Assembly: GCA_028534125.1 (NCBI GenBank) | Contig: CM052816.1 | Location: 29,390,001-29,454,000, forward strand | Direction: 5' to 3' | Source of the DNA: Lama glama | Lineage: Eukaryota | Length of the DNA: 64,000 bases | Shown here: in pieces, positions 38,696-53,070 of the stretch | How the letters are laid out: each line of letters begins with the position of its first letter | Position numbering within the stretch: position 1 is the first letter of the stretch | Position numbers and translations under genes: made by a program | Notes under the pieces: generated by a model | What the model was told of the DNA's origin: nothing | What the model saw: the letters and a program-made list of their open reading frames with translations, nothing else | Databases searched by the model: none

Positions 38696-39389
38696 TTTTT
38701 TAAAATATTTTTTATTTATTTATAATCATTTTACAATGTTGTGTCAAATTCCAGTGTAGAGCACAATTTTTCAGTTACACATGAACATATATATATTCAT
38801 TGTCACATTTTTTTCTCTGTGAGCTACCGTAAGATTGTCTATATATTTCCCTGTGCTATACAGTATAATCTTGTTTATCTATTCTACACTTTTGAAATCC
38901 CAGTCTATCCCTTCCCACCCTCCATCCCCTTGGCAACCACAAGTTTGTATTCTATATCTATGAGTCTATTTCTGTTTTGTATTTATGCTTTGTTTGTGTT
39001 TTTTTTTTTTTTTAGATTCCACATGTGAGTGATCTCATATGGTATTTTTCTTTCTCTTTCTGGCTTACTTCACTTAGAATGACATTCTCCAGGAGCATCC
39101 ATATTGCTGCAAATGGCGTTGTTGGTTTTTATGGCTGAGTAGTATTCCCTTGTATAAATATACCACATCTTCTTTATCCAGTCCCTGCTGATGGACATTT
39201 AGGCTGTTTCCATGTCTTGGCTATTGTAAATAGTGCCGCTATGAACATTGGGGCGCAGGTGTCATCCTGAAGTAGGGTTCCTTCTGGATATATGTCCAGG
39301 AGCAGGATTCCTGAGTCACGTGGTAAGTCTATTCCTAGTCTTTTGAGGAATCTCCGTACTGTTTTCCACAGTGGCTGCAACCAAACTGC
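38696..39389 (-). mobile_element. Young 5'-truncated L1 with perfect TSD
   Basis: L1 ORF2-end and 3' UTR sequence. Identical 14-bp TSD TCTCCTCAAATTCT at 38682-38695 and 39390-39403. Confidence 0.92.
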
Positions 39390-39571
39390 TCTCCTCAAAT
39401 TCTGACTGACCTCTTGATGCTATGACAACTTTGTCAGGGACTAACAGTCAAAGAAAATGCCAAGAGAAAACTCCTCCCAGAAGTGCAGGATTTGAAATCA
39501 TACAGATTTCCCAAACCCTGATGCAGTGGCAATTCCAAGGAGAAGTAATAAAATGTAAAGAGCAGAAACGC

Positions 39572-39970
39572 TCAGAGATAGTCACAGACATAGAAAACAA
39601 ACTTATGTTTACCAGGGGGGAAAGGAGGAGATGGGGAGGGAAAAATTGGGAGTTCAGGACTTGTAGATACTAACATGTATAAAATAGGTAAACAACAAGG
39701 TCCAACTATATAGCACAGGGACCTATATTCAAAACCACATAATGGCCTATAATGAAGAAAATATGAAAAGGAATATATATATGAAATATATATATGAAAA
39801 GGAAATGTATATTCCTTTAAACATACAGTATACACATTATGTATGTATATATTGTATACATGAATATATATGAATATATTATACATATATATGTATAAAT
39901 GAATCCCTATGCTGTACACCAGAAATTAACACATTATAAATCAACTATACATCAATAAAAAAAAATTTTT
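39572..39970 (+). mobile_element. L1 3' end with expanded AT-rich segment
   Basis: L1 3' UTR motifs. TSD TAAAGAGCAGAAACGCT / TAAAGAGCAGAAATGCT. Confidence 0.88.
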
Positions 39971-42252
39971 TAAAGAGCAGAAATGCTATATCTCAACAGA
40001 GGAACTGGTCTCTCACATTTCATTAAAATGTGGCCTTGGGGGCAGCTGCATGAGTAGGTGGCCACCAGTAACCACTCTGTCCACTCCTGCAGAGAGAGTA
40101 TGAAGCAGCAAAGGGAAGCTGTGGGAAGGGAAGGCAGGAGGAAGAGTTTACAGCATCACATAAAAACACCTGCCAGCGTGGCAGCACAGCCCTCACACGT
40201 GATCCAGGCATAATCAGGGAGGCAGCGATCCGGCCCTGACACCAGGCAAGGGCAGTGAAGGCTGCAAGTGTTAGAGACTCATGTATCAGCTGGGCACCTC
40301 CACACCCAGGAAGACCAATCCTGATTCTGGAGAGGGCACTCCACCCACAGGAGAATAAAGAGGAACACGTCCGGATGGGCTACAAATCAGGCAGGAGGTC
40401 ATTTCCTCAGGCATCCCCCCGCCCCACTCCTCTCTTACTTGAGATCAGAATGCCCAGGTCTTACGTGGTCAGAGCTCTCCAAAGTTTGCCATTTAAAGCA
40501 GTCCCTGCAGCTGTCATTTTAAATTCTGCTCATCTAGAACTTCATTTGGGAAGAAGGAAGAATCACAGACAGAGGCTAAAGACCCGGGAGACTGGGAAGC
40601 AGTCAAAATTAACAGTAGAGCCTTATATAACAATGTATCTAACTTGTTTTAGTTCCTTTTATAAATAGGAATACAGCTCTCTCATGCTTCCCTAGGATTC
40701 GCAATTAGGACATTCTCAGCAGATTCACAGATGAACACTTCTGACGGCTGCCCAGTGCAGATGCATCACCCGTGCTTTGAAGCAGGGAGAGAGGAGGCAG
40801 CTGGGATTTCTAGTCCTGGAAACCCCATGTGATGGCCCAGTGGTCGAGGAATATGTCCAGAGCTCACTGTGTTAAGGCGACTGGTGCTCAGGACTGCACA
40901 AAGCTCTCTCTCTCTCTCTGGTGAGCTCAGCTCTGCAGCTGAAGCAAGATACCGTTCAACACGCCAGCACCCCCGGCCCCCTGCCCCTGGGAGTGCAACT
41001 GGCACTGCTGGTGACGGAGGCACTTGGAGCTTCGTGGTGACACTAAATAAGCCATCTTTAGGGAAGTCGGGGTGCATCTTATCTGGTATTTCCTCTCCAT
41101 CTCTCTGTCCCCACATGACGGCGGCTCTTAGAATACCAGAGCCTCCTCCTGAGCATACACGCTTTCCACATTTATCTACGCATCTCAGAGCCAGGCACTA
41201 TCACATCAGTCATTTCACTGTCCCCACACCCAGGGAGAGTGGGTGGCAATTTCCAAAGAAGTTAAGGAGCATATTCAACAGGGCCCGGCAAGACAGGGCA
41301 GGGCTGAGAAGAGAAGCCGCAAGATTGAAGCCATGGGGCCCAGGACGTACTCCAGAACACGTGCTCTCCCTCTGGCCTAGTTTCACTGACTGCTTATTAC
41401 ATCCCCCAAGAAAAACGAAATTTCCTCTACAGCCTCCCACAGCCTTATCTGCAGCACATTTAACAAAACCACCAAAAGGATAACGTAATTTACGACTGCA
41501 AGAAAATGTGTGCCTTCAATTGTTTATTTCAACTAACTCTACAGGCTGGGGACAGAACAGGAAATGTCTGCAGAGCACCTTGATCTTTGCTCTTTGGCCT
41601 TCTCAAGGTGCTCCCGAGTCTCTAGGGCATGAGTCGGGGCTGCCAAGAGCAGTGCTGCTTTCTTTCTGCTTAATCCTCCCGTCCCCTCATCAGCCACCTC
41701 CAGACCCTACTCTTTGGCCTTCTCCCAGCCACCTCAATGCTTTCAGTGGCCTCCCTAAAACCAGAGCCCCAACCAAAGCCTCCTCCTTGATTCAACTTGC
41801 TTCTCTCTGTCCTTCAGCTCTTCTTCATGGAGGAGGGAGTGATTGGCAAAACACAAAGAAAGGCAGACTAAGGGGGATTATTCTAGGAGACTCAGTGCCT
41901 GAGGTTAGTAAGTTGCTCCAGAAGCATCTCCCAGGTGTAATCAGAGAGACAGCGACAGCCAGACTCGCCCTCTCTCCACAAGAGACCCTGTGCCAGCAGA
42001 GGAGTGCATGGTTCATGTCTGGGCGAGGGTGGGGATATCCCACAGGCTGAGTACCCACTAGAAGCCGAGCAGGGTGCATGATGACTTCCCTAAGTTCACT
42101 CAGTCCTCATCGAAACTCTGGGAGGTGGGCACCATCATCCCCAGGTGGCAGGCGGGGAAACCGAGCTCTGTAAGTTTAACACACCTGCTCAGTGTAGTGC
42201 CAAAATATGAAGGTATCTCTTATTCCAAACCTGTTGGCTTTTTATCTCTCTC

Positions 42253-42358
42253 TTTTAAAAAAATTTTTATTTTATTTTATTAATGGAGGTATGGGGGGAT
42301 TGGACCCAGGACCTTGTGCATGCTAAGCACGTGCTCCACCACTGAGCTCTACCCTCCT
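42253..42358 (-). mobile_element. tRNA-derived camelid SINE, short form
   Basis: Reverse-complement head with a T-rich tail. Confidence 0.85.
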
Positions 42359-45300
42359 CTCTGGCTTTTTTCCCCTTCATATCCTATCACAAAAGTGTCC
42401 TTGGTTCACCAGACAGCAAGCACAAACAGGGGACTGTCTGGAAAATAAAAAGAACACCTGGCCACCCACCTTTCAAGGTCAGGCAGAGCAGGGAGTTCAG
42501 CTCAGTGAACAGGAGCTGCTTGGGGCTGAGGGGAGAGCGGTCAAGTCCATCGTCACGCTGACTGCCATTCACAGCCTCCCGCTAGATGGGCTGCATAAAA
42601 GCAGGAAGGCAGACTTTTCTATCACATAGTGTTTCTATTTTTGAAGTATACATTTTATAACATGTTACTCAGAAGCAAACAAACAAAAAAACGAATAACT
42701 AACTAAATAACCGGGAGCTGGTTAGCAGCTAGCAGCACAGCTGTGGCAAGAGCCAGAGGCTAGGACTCCAGAATGAGCGTTTATGTCTGTCTTCCTATGA
42801 TGCAGGCTCAAATCTCTCCTCACGCTTGCACCACCACTGAAAACACTAAATCAGCCTTAACAAAGCAAAGAAACACTGAGCGCTTATTGCAACAAATACG
42901 CTGGCACTTGAAGCTGGTTTACGTTCTGCAGAGCTGAATATAAACAGAGTCCTGACATTTTATAGCATTCTTCCATCGCAAACTTTCGTGTAAAACTGAA
43001 CATGATCCCTTGTAATAAAATACTAACCTGATTAAACTCTAAATTTGCCAAGAAAAACGCTCCAATTGTAGAGTAAATTCCTCTATAAATCTCTAGAATT
43101 TCTAGTTAATGCGCAACATATGACATTTCCCAAGTCAAATTCCTCATCCTGCCTCCGTCGCCAAACCTGATCATTTTCCTCTCTGTTGTAACCTCTCTGG
43201 ATCCGATCATCACTCTGTTACCCGGTCATCACTGATTCCTCTCTTGGTTTGGATGGTCTCTCATTCACCAAGGTCTGCTGTCTTTCCATCTGTGCCTCTC
43301 CCATTCTCATTTGGATTTAATTTGATTAAACCCTTCACTCTCAAGGTAACAGCAGGTGTTTCCCTGAGAAGACAACTTTCAGAGGCCGTGAAAGCCTGCC
43401 CTCCATTCCCCTTTAGGGGACAGAGAGCTGTCATTATGTAGTTTTATCCATGTGGCTATTTGAAACTTAAATAAAAAAAAAAGCTTTCAGAAACATTTTA
43501 ATTTAGAGAGCTATCAGAAATTACAGCATGTACTGAGTAAAGTTGCTCTTTGACTTTTGCCCCAGGAAACACCGACATCAGTTTTGACCACTTGCAGCGG
43601 AAGGATAATGTGTCACCAAGTCATATGTGGACCCAGAGCCCCCACACTCAGGCACCCAACAATCAGCATTTGTCTTCTGCTCCATCCTCCTCAGTCTAAC
43701 AACTGAACAAATTTACTGAATGACAAGCTGACATCAGACAAGTTTCTTCCACTTGGTGACCAAGGAGCAGATGTTGCCAGCATACCTACCTCTCATCCCC
43801 TGGAGAGATGTCCGAGCCCCATTTTCCCTTCCCACTAAGCAGTCCTGCTCCTAAAGATGATGAGGGGCCCCAGGAGCCCGGAGTGTCCTATTCTGTGGTA
43901 TATTTCTATCTTCCCTCCTCCATCCTCTTGTCACCCAAAGCCTTTCAGGATGAAGGAGGGCATGTGAGCAAGTTTAATCTAGAAAATGCTCACAAGTACA
44001 TCACAGGGATGGGCGGAAACTAAACTCCTATGCTCCCTTACCCACAACAGCTTCTTTTCTTGGGCTCCGTATCTCACCTTCCCCTCAGCCATTCAGACTT
44101 GAACATCAGTGTCCTTGGGGACCTCATTTCCCCTGCCAGCCACCGGCTCTCAAGTTTCCCCACCTCCGGGCGCGTCTGCCACCTTGCCCTCATCCCAGCC
44201 CCTTTGCCCAGTCTACTTCAGGTGCGTCTGCAGGCCTGAACGTCCTGCTCCTTTCACTCAGTTGCCCTCATGGCACATCTTCCTAAAGCACAGCTCCATC
44301 ACCATCACATCACCATCTGTGCCTAGAACTGAGTTTAACAAGTGCTTCCACATCCTGGCTTTAGCATGCCACTCTCCAACGAGGAAGGCATGATGCATCC
44401 CAGCTGCTAGTGGACCAGAGTCCACGCTGTCAGCACAAGATTTAGGGTGGTCCTCGCCATGCTTAGCACTGGGCTACTTCTGGGCCTCTGCTCACCCACC
44501 TTCCTTGGCCTCTGGGGTCCTTTCCACCATCATCAGCTACAAAATATGAGCGGTCTCCCAAGGCTCCGCTCCCATGAGGCCTGTCATGATGTCTGCAGCC
44601 AGATGCCAGCTCCTACTCCATCTTCCTCTGCAACTTGGAAGCTTCCTTACAACAGAGTCTGTTTTGCTCCAAGGGATGGCTAATGCTAAATGCATCTCAT
44701 CATCCCATTACACGGCACCTTCCTAGGTAACAGGAGATTTCTTCATTCATTCAACAAAGGCAGCCTGCATTTATCTAGTACCTACTGCATGCCAGGTGCT
44801 GACTGAGGCGTTGGGTACGTGATGGGAAATGATACACAAGTGGACTGATACTCAGTGGGAGAAAGATATGGCAGCTGATTAAAACACCTGAGTAACTAAG
44901 GACAGGCTGTAAGAGGTGCTGGGATGGGAATGAGCAGGGCCTTGTGATGAGACTGCTCTGGCAGAGAGGGCATCGGAGGTGTATGCCAGAAAAAGAGCGG
45001 AATGAGCAATGGGAAGAGCGGGTGTTCCAGCCTGAGACAGGACAAGTGGGGCCGCCGCAGGGAGAGGAGCGGAAAGGGGGCTGGTGTGGCCGCAGAGCAG
45101 GGAGCCCAGGGAAAAGCAGCTGGGAGGCAGGCGAAGGCCAGAATAGGTAGGGCCACACGGGGCACAGTGAGAAGCTTACATGCTGGGAATGGAAAACAGG
45201 AGCATGGCTGGAAGGCAAAGTAGCAATAAAGATCAAAACCTTAAAACTCCTCATACCCTTTGAACCACTTCCAGTAACACATCCAATGAAACAGAGACAA

Positions 45301-45605
45301 GCGTGGACAGCTGCTAAGTGCAAGGGAGTCGTGTGGCGTCATGACAATGGTGAAGTCCGGAAACAGCTCAACTACCCAAACGGGGGATTTGTTAAGCGAA
45401 TTACAACACATCTATAAAATGACATGTAATATCGCCTTTAAAAACGATTTTGTAGAGTAACTAATAACATGAGAACTCTTCACAAAGGCTACAAAGCAGT
45501 ATGTAAAAGTAAAAAATCATATTAAGTACTACATAATTTTTGTAAAGAAAAACTTACAGGCATACAGAAAAAAAGCCTGGGGTTATATTCAGAAAATGTT
45601 TTTCC

Positions 45606-45858
45606 TTTTTTTAAAATTAATTAATTATTTAAAAAAATTGATGTATAGTGAATTTTTAATGTTGTGTTAATTTCTGGTGTACAGCACAGTGATTCAGTTA
45701 TACATATTTGTTTATATTCTTTTTCATATTCTTTTTCATTATAGGCCATTACAAGGTACTGAATATAGTTCCCTGTGCTGTACGGTAGGACCTTGTTTAT
45801 TTTATACATAGTAGTCAGTATCTGCAAATCCCAAAATCCCAATTTATCCCGCCCCACA
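45606..45858 (-). mobile_element. L1 3' end
   Basis: Antisense L1 3' UTR with AAAATGTTTTTT direct repeats. Confidence 0.85.
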
Positions 45859-46929
45859 AAATGTTTTTTTCTGAGTGCTGAAATTAAGGAGTAACTTTTG
45901 TTTTTTTCATCTTTTACTTTTTTGTTAAATTGTAGTTGATCAATATACTATAGCACCGTGTGATGCTTTCATAAAGGGGAAAACAAGGTTTTTAAAAAGC
46001 TGTGAGTAACAAGAAGGTACAGCAGGGGAGACAGCCTGTGAGATCACAGAAATAAAAGAGGCTGCTGATGGGGAGCTGGCCAGGGCAGTCTTCTATCTTT
46101 TTAGAAACTTCAGAGCAAACAGAAAAACAAACCAAAAAACTCCCTAGAACTCCTGGGCAGGAAGTGTGTCATTCCTTTCTTGCTGATCCCTCTGACTCAG
46201 CACTGACTGTCAGGCCCCTCGGATCCTCCTTGTGGAGAAGTGAGAGGTAGGAGTTCTGAGAGGATGGAGACTTAGAGACCTCACCCAGGAGCTCCCAGCC
46301 CTGGGGCTGAAGTTTGAAAAGCCAACCTGGATCTTCCAAAGAAGAAGCATTTCATCATTCTCCTTTAGATTCAATACAACTGAGACACAACACTCTCACT
46401 CCTATTATTACAGGTTAAACGTGATTACATTTTTGTCTGTTTCTCTTAAACAAGATTTACTGCGCAAGATCCAAACACACTGTGTTGTACGAGCCTTCTT
46501 CCCAAACAGGTTTGAAAATTTAATAAACAGTTCAGACAAGTTGCAACAAGTCCCGGTATTCTGAATCTTGGCTTACTCATGCCCAAGTTGAAAAGGTGAA
46601 AAAGTTCCAAGGCCCATTCAGCCGGCGTGCCTCCTTGCTGGCCACTGGGTCACAAGTGGTTTGGTTCCTACGTCCCATTTGGCAGCCTCCTAGGCTCAGC
46701 ACTCAAGGGCCACTCGGAGAACACAGACAGAAAGTGATTTGCTAGAAGAATCTCACTTCTTTTCTTTCTATTTTTAATAATCCCCTGGAAGTAACAGAGC
46801 TGAGGGAAACATATATGTAGGGCTATACAAGAAAACAGAATTTTTTGACTCTGGAAGAACCTTAAAAATTTTAAGACAAATTAAATCAGAATTTGAGGAC
46901 CTTGACAATGACAATCCTGGGCTTCTGCC

Positions 46930-49560
46930 TTCCCACATTCATTCAACAGATATTTACTGAAGCCTTACTGTGCACCAGGGGAGCCCCTAGAGTAAATAAT
47001 AAACAAGGGGGCCACAAAGTGTGGAGGATGTACTGGGGAGGTGGGATGGGGTGTGGAGGGAAGGGAGGCAGGTACTTTCAAGATATTCTAACAGGGACAC
47101 AGTCAATTTGAGAACAGATTATTAAGGATCTTAACAAGCCCTGTTAAAAATTTAGACTTTATCAAAAACTCTAATAAGGCATCTTAAGCAGATGATGACA
47201 TATTCAGGTGGATATTTTACAAAGACCAACAGCAGCACAGGACGCCAGACTGGTATGGAGGTAGGAGCAGGCATGTCACCTGACCTTGAAAGAATCCAGG
47301 TAAGAGATGGTGGTGGTGACCTGGTCTTAGTGGGTGGCAGTAGGCTATGACAAGGAGAGTACAGACTCTACAGCTATTTAACGGGACAACTGACAATATT
47401 AGCAATTGACTGAGATAGCAGAAGATGCCTTCTGGGTTTCTGGATGGTCAATTGGATCATTTATTAGGGGAAAAACTTGAAGAGAAGGTAAATTCAGCTT
47501 ACTTCACATTGAGTTTGAGTTGCCTGTGAGATATCCAAGTACTGATGAAAACACTTCACAGCTGGACATACAAGTCTCAGTTAGGCTTGAAATACAAATA
47601 TGGAAGTTGTTACCATGCAGAGAATCTGAAGCCCTAGGAATGGATGGGGTCACCAACGGAGAGGGCGGAACAGGAAGAGCAGAGAACCCAGACAACACCC
47701 TCAGACATACCAGCATTTAAGGGATGGACAAAGAGGAAGGAGCCTGCAGAGGAGACGAAGCAGGGATAGAGAGAGAAGGAAGAAGGAAATCTGGAGGGTA
47801 GATTGTCAAGGAAAAGCCTGCATAGAGAAAACTGGAGCTGTAGGGACTTGCGCTGAGCAGTCAAAGAGAGGACTGAATGGTGGCTGTCCACCCACCATCA
47901 AAATGCCAGGCGCTGCTCTATCTCTTCCCCACCCATCGATATTTTTAGAGTCATCTTGAGCAGGCAGGGGCCAAATGGGAGGCAGCAGAAGAGAGATGGT
48001 TCTGAGATAAACCTGGCAGTAGATCCTGGCCATAGCCAGCATGGTCAGCTCAGGGGCTGGAAAATGGGCCAAGGGCGACAGAAGTGACCAAATACAAGGT
48101 TACACAAGTGGCACTCCGTTGTTCAGTCCCAAGCATTTATTGGTCATCTACTGGGTATGGGCACTGTTTACAGTGCTGGGGGTAGAGCACTGACAGAAGT
48201 TCTGGTAAAACAGCCAGAAAAACAGGATGTCAAGCAGAAATAAATGCTGTGGAAGGAAAATAATCAACCAGAAGAAAGAGATAGAGTGATGGATGGGTGG
48301 GCCTTCTCCTGGGGTGAGAGCTGAGCAAAACCTGAGAAGGGTGAGGGAGAGAGCCAAGGAACAAGCTGAGGGGAAGGGCCTTCCAGGCAGAAGGAGGGGT
48401 GGGTGCAAAGGCTCTGAGTTCGGATCAAGCTCGGAAAGTTTGAGGAACCAGCAAGGCAATGTGGTCCAATGTGAAGTTGGAGAGTTGGGCCAGGGCCTCG
48501 TCAAGGGAGCACTGTAGCTCATGGTAAGAAGTGTAGACTTGATCGATTATGACAGGAAGGCACAGAAGGGATGAGAGCAAGGGAATGACATGGTCTGATG
48601 GGTTTTCTAAGACCACCCTGATGACATGAGAAGTGGCTGAGCGGGACAGGCAAGGGCTCAGTGGGAGTTAGGAGGCTACTGAGGCCACTGAGATGAGACA
48701 TGGTGGTAGGCGGAGAAGTGGTGAGATGGGGGATATACATATTTGGAAGAGAAATAGATAGGACTTGCTGTTGGATTAGCTGTGGGATGCTGCAGGGCTA
48801 TGCTTTTAGCCTGAGAGCTAAGTATACAAATGTGTTGACAGAGAAGGACAAACCCAGGGGAGGAGGAGGTTTGGGGAGAGGAGGGAGGGGTGGAATCAAG
48901 GTGTCTATTCCTAGAGGAACTTTAATAAAAGAGGCAAGAGAATAATCAAGTCTGGAATTCAGAAGAGATGTGTGACAGACTTGACTTTGGGAGTCATTAG
49001 CTAGTATTTGGTATCTATTCTGTGGGACTAAATGAAATCACCTGGGTTCTCCATCCTGGCCACGTGATAGTGCAGGTAACAGGAACAAAGACAAACAAGC
49101 AAAACCAAAATTTAAAATCTGATGCCCAGGAGTCCTCCCCACCCAGAGACTGAATTAATCAGACTTGAGTGAGACCAGCCCCTCCCCCATTTTTCCCAGC
49201 AGCCCAAGCCAGGTAAAGAACCACTGTCCAGAGGGTGTGGAGAATGCAGAGGCCCTTGGAAGGAGGCGTTAAGGTGGAAGGAGGAAAGGTGGGCGTGATG
49301 CCCTGGAAGCCAAGTCAATAAAGTGTTTTAGGAGGAGGGAGGGATAAACGATGCGGATCCTGCTGATGCTGATGGGATGAGGATGGAGAAGTGGTCATGA
49401 GGTTCGTAAAAATGGAAGTCTCTGGTGACTCTGACAGGGACAGTTTTGGAGGAGTGGAAGGGTGAGGAGGGCTGAGAGAAAGGGAGATCGCATGCAGAGA
49501 TTCCTCGTTGGGAAAGTTCCACCGGAACTGAGAACAAAGGAGTAGGGTGAGAGCTGGAAG
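46930..49560 (-). mobile_element. Cluster of L2 fragments
   Basis: CATTCATTCAACAGATATTTACTG tail, GAGTTTGAGTTGCCTGTGAGATATCCAAGT and other L2-like motifs. Confidence 0.6.
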
Positions 49561-50609
49561 ACTACTTTGGATTGAGGAATTTTTTTTCCACTTGTTTTTT
49601 TTTTTCCCTCTGAGTCTCAACGTGCTGACATTTTTGGCACGAGTGCATTCTTCTTTGCATTATTTGCTTTCATTTGCTTTTTAGGATGGGTGATTAAAAA
49701 GCATGGGTGATGAGGATGTTCCCACACAGAGAAAGAAAATGATGTCGTAGAAGAGGGGGTATAGTTGCAGGAGGATTTGCAGAAGTTGGAGAGACAAAGC
49801 CATCAAGGACCCTGAACTAATGAAGATGAAATTCCCCTTCAAATGACAGGGGTCCTCCTTTCTCATTACTCAAAGGAGGTAATGTGTCCTAAAAAAATCA
49901 CAGGATGGCTAGACTGGAATGGAACTTAAAGACCATCTAGTCCAATGTCCACTCTAAGTCCCCTGCTAGAATCCCGTGTCCCATCCCATTCATGGTCCTG
50001 ACAACCTCCGATAGAAGGAAATCTCTACACCTCTTCGCTCCATTCATTCCTCCTCCTCTCCTCTTCACTACTCCATGGTTCATGATCTCTTTAGACACCC
50101 CTTGAACCAAGCCAGAGTCTGTTTTCCTGTATTTCAATCCACCAGCCCTGGCTCCCTGCTGTCAGAATACACAGAACATGCATAATCCCTCTTTTATGTC
50201 TTTCAAACATTCGAAAACTGTTAACTCTTGCCCCATCCTGTTACTCCCCTACTCCCCAAACTAAATCAGTTCTTTTTACATGTCTTGACAAACAGTTCCC
50301 CATTCCGGGAAATATCTAGACAGGGGCCACCAACCAACCCAGTTGTTCTTTAATGTAGGTGTAGACAAACAATGCAATAAAAGTTACACCAATACGTATA
50401 CAAATAGCCACAATAACCCTGGTTTCCAAGAACTAGAATAGCACAGGGCAATTTCTACTTCAAGGTTTGGGCTTGATCTATTTCAGTCCCCTAAGCACTA
50501 ATTTACTTCTTCTCCTTCCCATCCGTTCCCCAACCCCAGCAGAGAACAGCCCCCACTCTCCCCAACACACACATCGACCATGTATGCACACTCAGACTCA
50601 TTTACTATT

Positions 50610-50710
50610 TTAAAAATTTAATTTTATTTTAGAATTTATTTATTTATTTAAATTAAAGTAAAGAGTCTGCAATGTTGTGTTAGTTTCTGGTGTACAGCAT
50701 AGTGATTCAG

Positions 50711-50752
<42 letters not shown>

Positions 50753-51065
50753 TTTTCACATTCTTTTTCATTATAGGCTATTACAAGGTATTGAATATAG
50801 TTCCCTGTGCTATACAGTAGGACTTTACTGTTTACCTATTTTATATATAGTAGCTAGCATCTGCAAATTCCAAACTCCCAATTTATCCCTCCACCCCTCC
50901 CCCATTTCCCCTAACCTCATAACCACAAATTTGTTTTCTATGTCTGTGAGTCTGTTTCTGTTTTGTAAATAAGTTCATTTGTCTCATTTTTTAGATTGCA
51001 CATATAAGTGATATCATATGGTATTTTTCTTTCTCCTGGCTTACTTCACTTAGCATGACAATCTC
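50610..51065 (-). mobile_element. L1 3' end containing (TA)n
   Basis: Antisense L1 3' UTR motifs shared with the other copies. Confidence 0.88.
50712..50750. repeat. (TA)n microsatellite
   Basis: Direct reading. Confidence 0.95.
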
Positions 51066-52662
51066 AGCTATGTACTATTAAGAACACCTGTTATTAAGCA
51101 TACTTTGTAATGGTTCTTATGGCAATCAGGTTTTTAGTAAATTCTACACCATAAATTTGGATTAATTTTCTGCAAACTTCATTTAACAAAACTCCAAAGT
51201 CAAAAGAAAAACCTAAATGGTTATATATCCAAAGGAAACTTAAAAAAATGCAATTATACATTACTTTAAAAGCACAGCTATGAAGAAAACAGGCTTAGAT
51301 TAAAATTAAAGTATCCTGTGGATTATGGAGTCACCGCCACAACTTGATGAAGAAACAGGATATGTTATTCCAACACAGAAGTTTGGAGATTCACGCCAAA
51401 TATTATATGTGCTGTTATTCTTCTAAGTCTTAATTTAAAACATTCCAACCACTAGGTGTAAAAGAGACTCAGCACACAAGAGTGCTGGCATAGTACCTCA
51501 AATCACACTAAACTAGACTCAAACAGTTTTAAAGCCATTATAGTAATTAATGCAAAACACACATAGTAGGCCCTGAAATATTTACTGAATGAATAAACTG
51601 CATTACATTGGAGCCAAAGGGTTCCCACCATCCCCCCAAAAAGGAAAGAGAAAACTAAAACACTGTTGTAGACATAACCCCAGATTCATATACATGAATT
51701 TAATTCTAGTACAAAAGGTTGATGTAGAGCATTAAAGGTACTGTTTAAAATCTCCTGAAATCTCTTTAAAGGGAGAAATGTTTTTTAAAAGTTGGCATTC
51801 AACCACTTGCATAAGGATCAATGAATTCAGAGCAACTTCAAGAGCTTTAACTATCCACTTTACAGGCTTTTGGAAACACCAACAGTTTTGAATATTTTCA
51901 ATATAGTATTATTTATATCTAACATTAAAATTCACCACCTCAATCAAACACTTTAAATTTGACAAGTGTAACCAGAAAACTTATTTATGGCAAATATCTT
52001 TTATGTATGTAACACTCTGGAAAACTGGGTGTCTGTAGAGGGGGATAAAGTTCATAAGATTAATTATACAGTATAATAAATAGAGGTTAAAGAACGTGCT
52101 ATAAAAGTGTTCTTGAATGTCTCAACATTAAAGAAAACTTAACTGCCCTAAAATGAAAAATGCCTTTCCTGGACTCCTCTTATCCAATCAAAAGGAAAGA
52201 AGAGAAAGAAACACTATAGCACATAAAATCAGATTTCTTCTAGCCCATGAAAAATCACTTTCACATGGTTCACTCCCTAATTAAAAAAAAAAACTTTACA
52301 TAAAAAAAAACAACTCAAAAACTTACTTACTAATTATTTATCTTGGCTAATTTCTATGGGTTTAATTTTCCTAACTTTGGTCTTCTTCCAAGCCATTCAA
52401 ATGTAATAAACTTAGGGAACCACAGGAAGAAAGCCTGTGCAAAAATCAGAAACAGCGACAAGGGCAGGCCAGGACCACATCATTAGACCCCCCACAATGG
52501 CAGGCATGGAAGACTCAAGGGGCAGAGGCGTTTGCTAAACCACTTCCCTCCCCTCCTCTTGCTAGGAGGCCAAAAATACAAACTTCTGCACGCTATGATT
52601 TCCTCACCATGGGCAGGTACATTGCTCTGGTATTTCATTTCTTAAGCCTGATCATTCTAGGG

Positions 52663-52892
52663 CACTGTGTCTCAACCTCAGTGCTACTGACATTTTGAGC
52701 CTGGTGATTGTACTTTATGGTGGAGTTGTCCTGTGCATTGCAGGCTGTTCAGCTGCATCTCCGGTTTCTACCTAGTAGATGTCAGTAGCGCACTCCTCCC
52801 CTAATTGTGACAACCAAAAGTGTCTCCAGACATTGCCAAATGTCCCCTGGTTGGGGGGACAGGGGGCAAAATTGCTCCTGGTTAAGCCATTG
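52663..52892. mobile_element. MER20-like hAT DNA transposon
   Basis: CTCAACCTCAGTGCTACTGACATTTTG...GTGACAACCAAAAGTGTCTCCAGACATTGCCAAATGTCCCCTGG. 8-bp TSD TTCTAGGG / TTCTAGAG. Confidence 0.85.
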
Positions 52893-52900
52893 TTCTAGAG

Positions 52901-53070
52901 CACTGGTTCTTGGCTACACATTAGAAGCACCTGAGGAATTCTGAAAAATACTGATTCTAAGTCTCATCTCTTAGAGATTCTGATTTAATCCATTTGGGCT
53001 AGGTGCTGGGCATCTGGATTTTTTGAAGCCATGAGATTGTAAAATACATAGCCAAGTGTGAGAATCTCTG
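52901..53070. mobile_element. MER5-like hAT DNA transposon
   Basis: CACTGGTTCT...ACATTAGAAGCACCTGAGG...AGATTCTGATTTAAT...TGAGAATCTCTG, flanked by TTCTAGAG / CCCTAGAG. Confidence 0.75.

Noticed and set aside
42570..42595. Additional CTCF-like motif CCGCTAGATGGGC
   Set aside because: Deviates in the key GGC positions; too weak to call without data.
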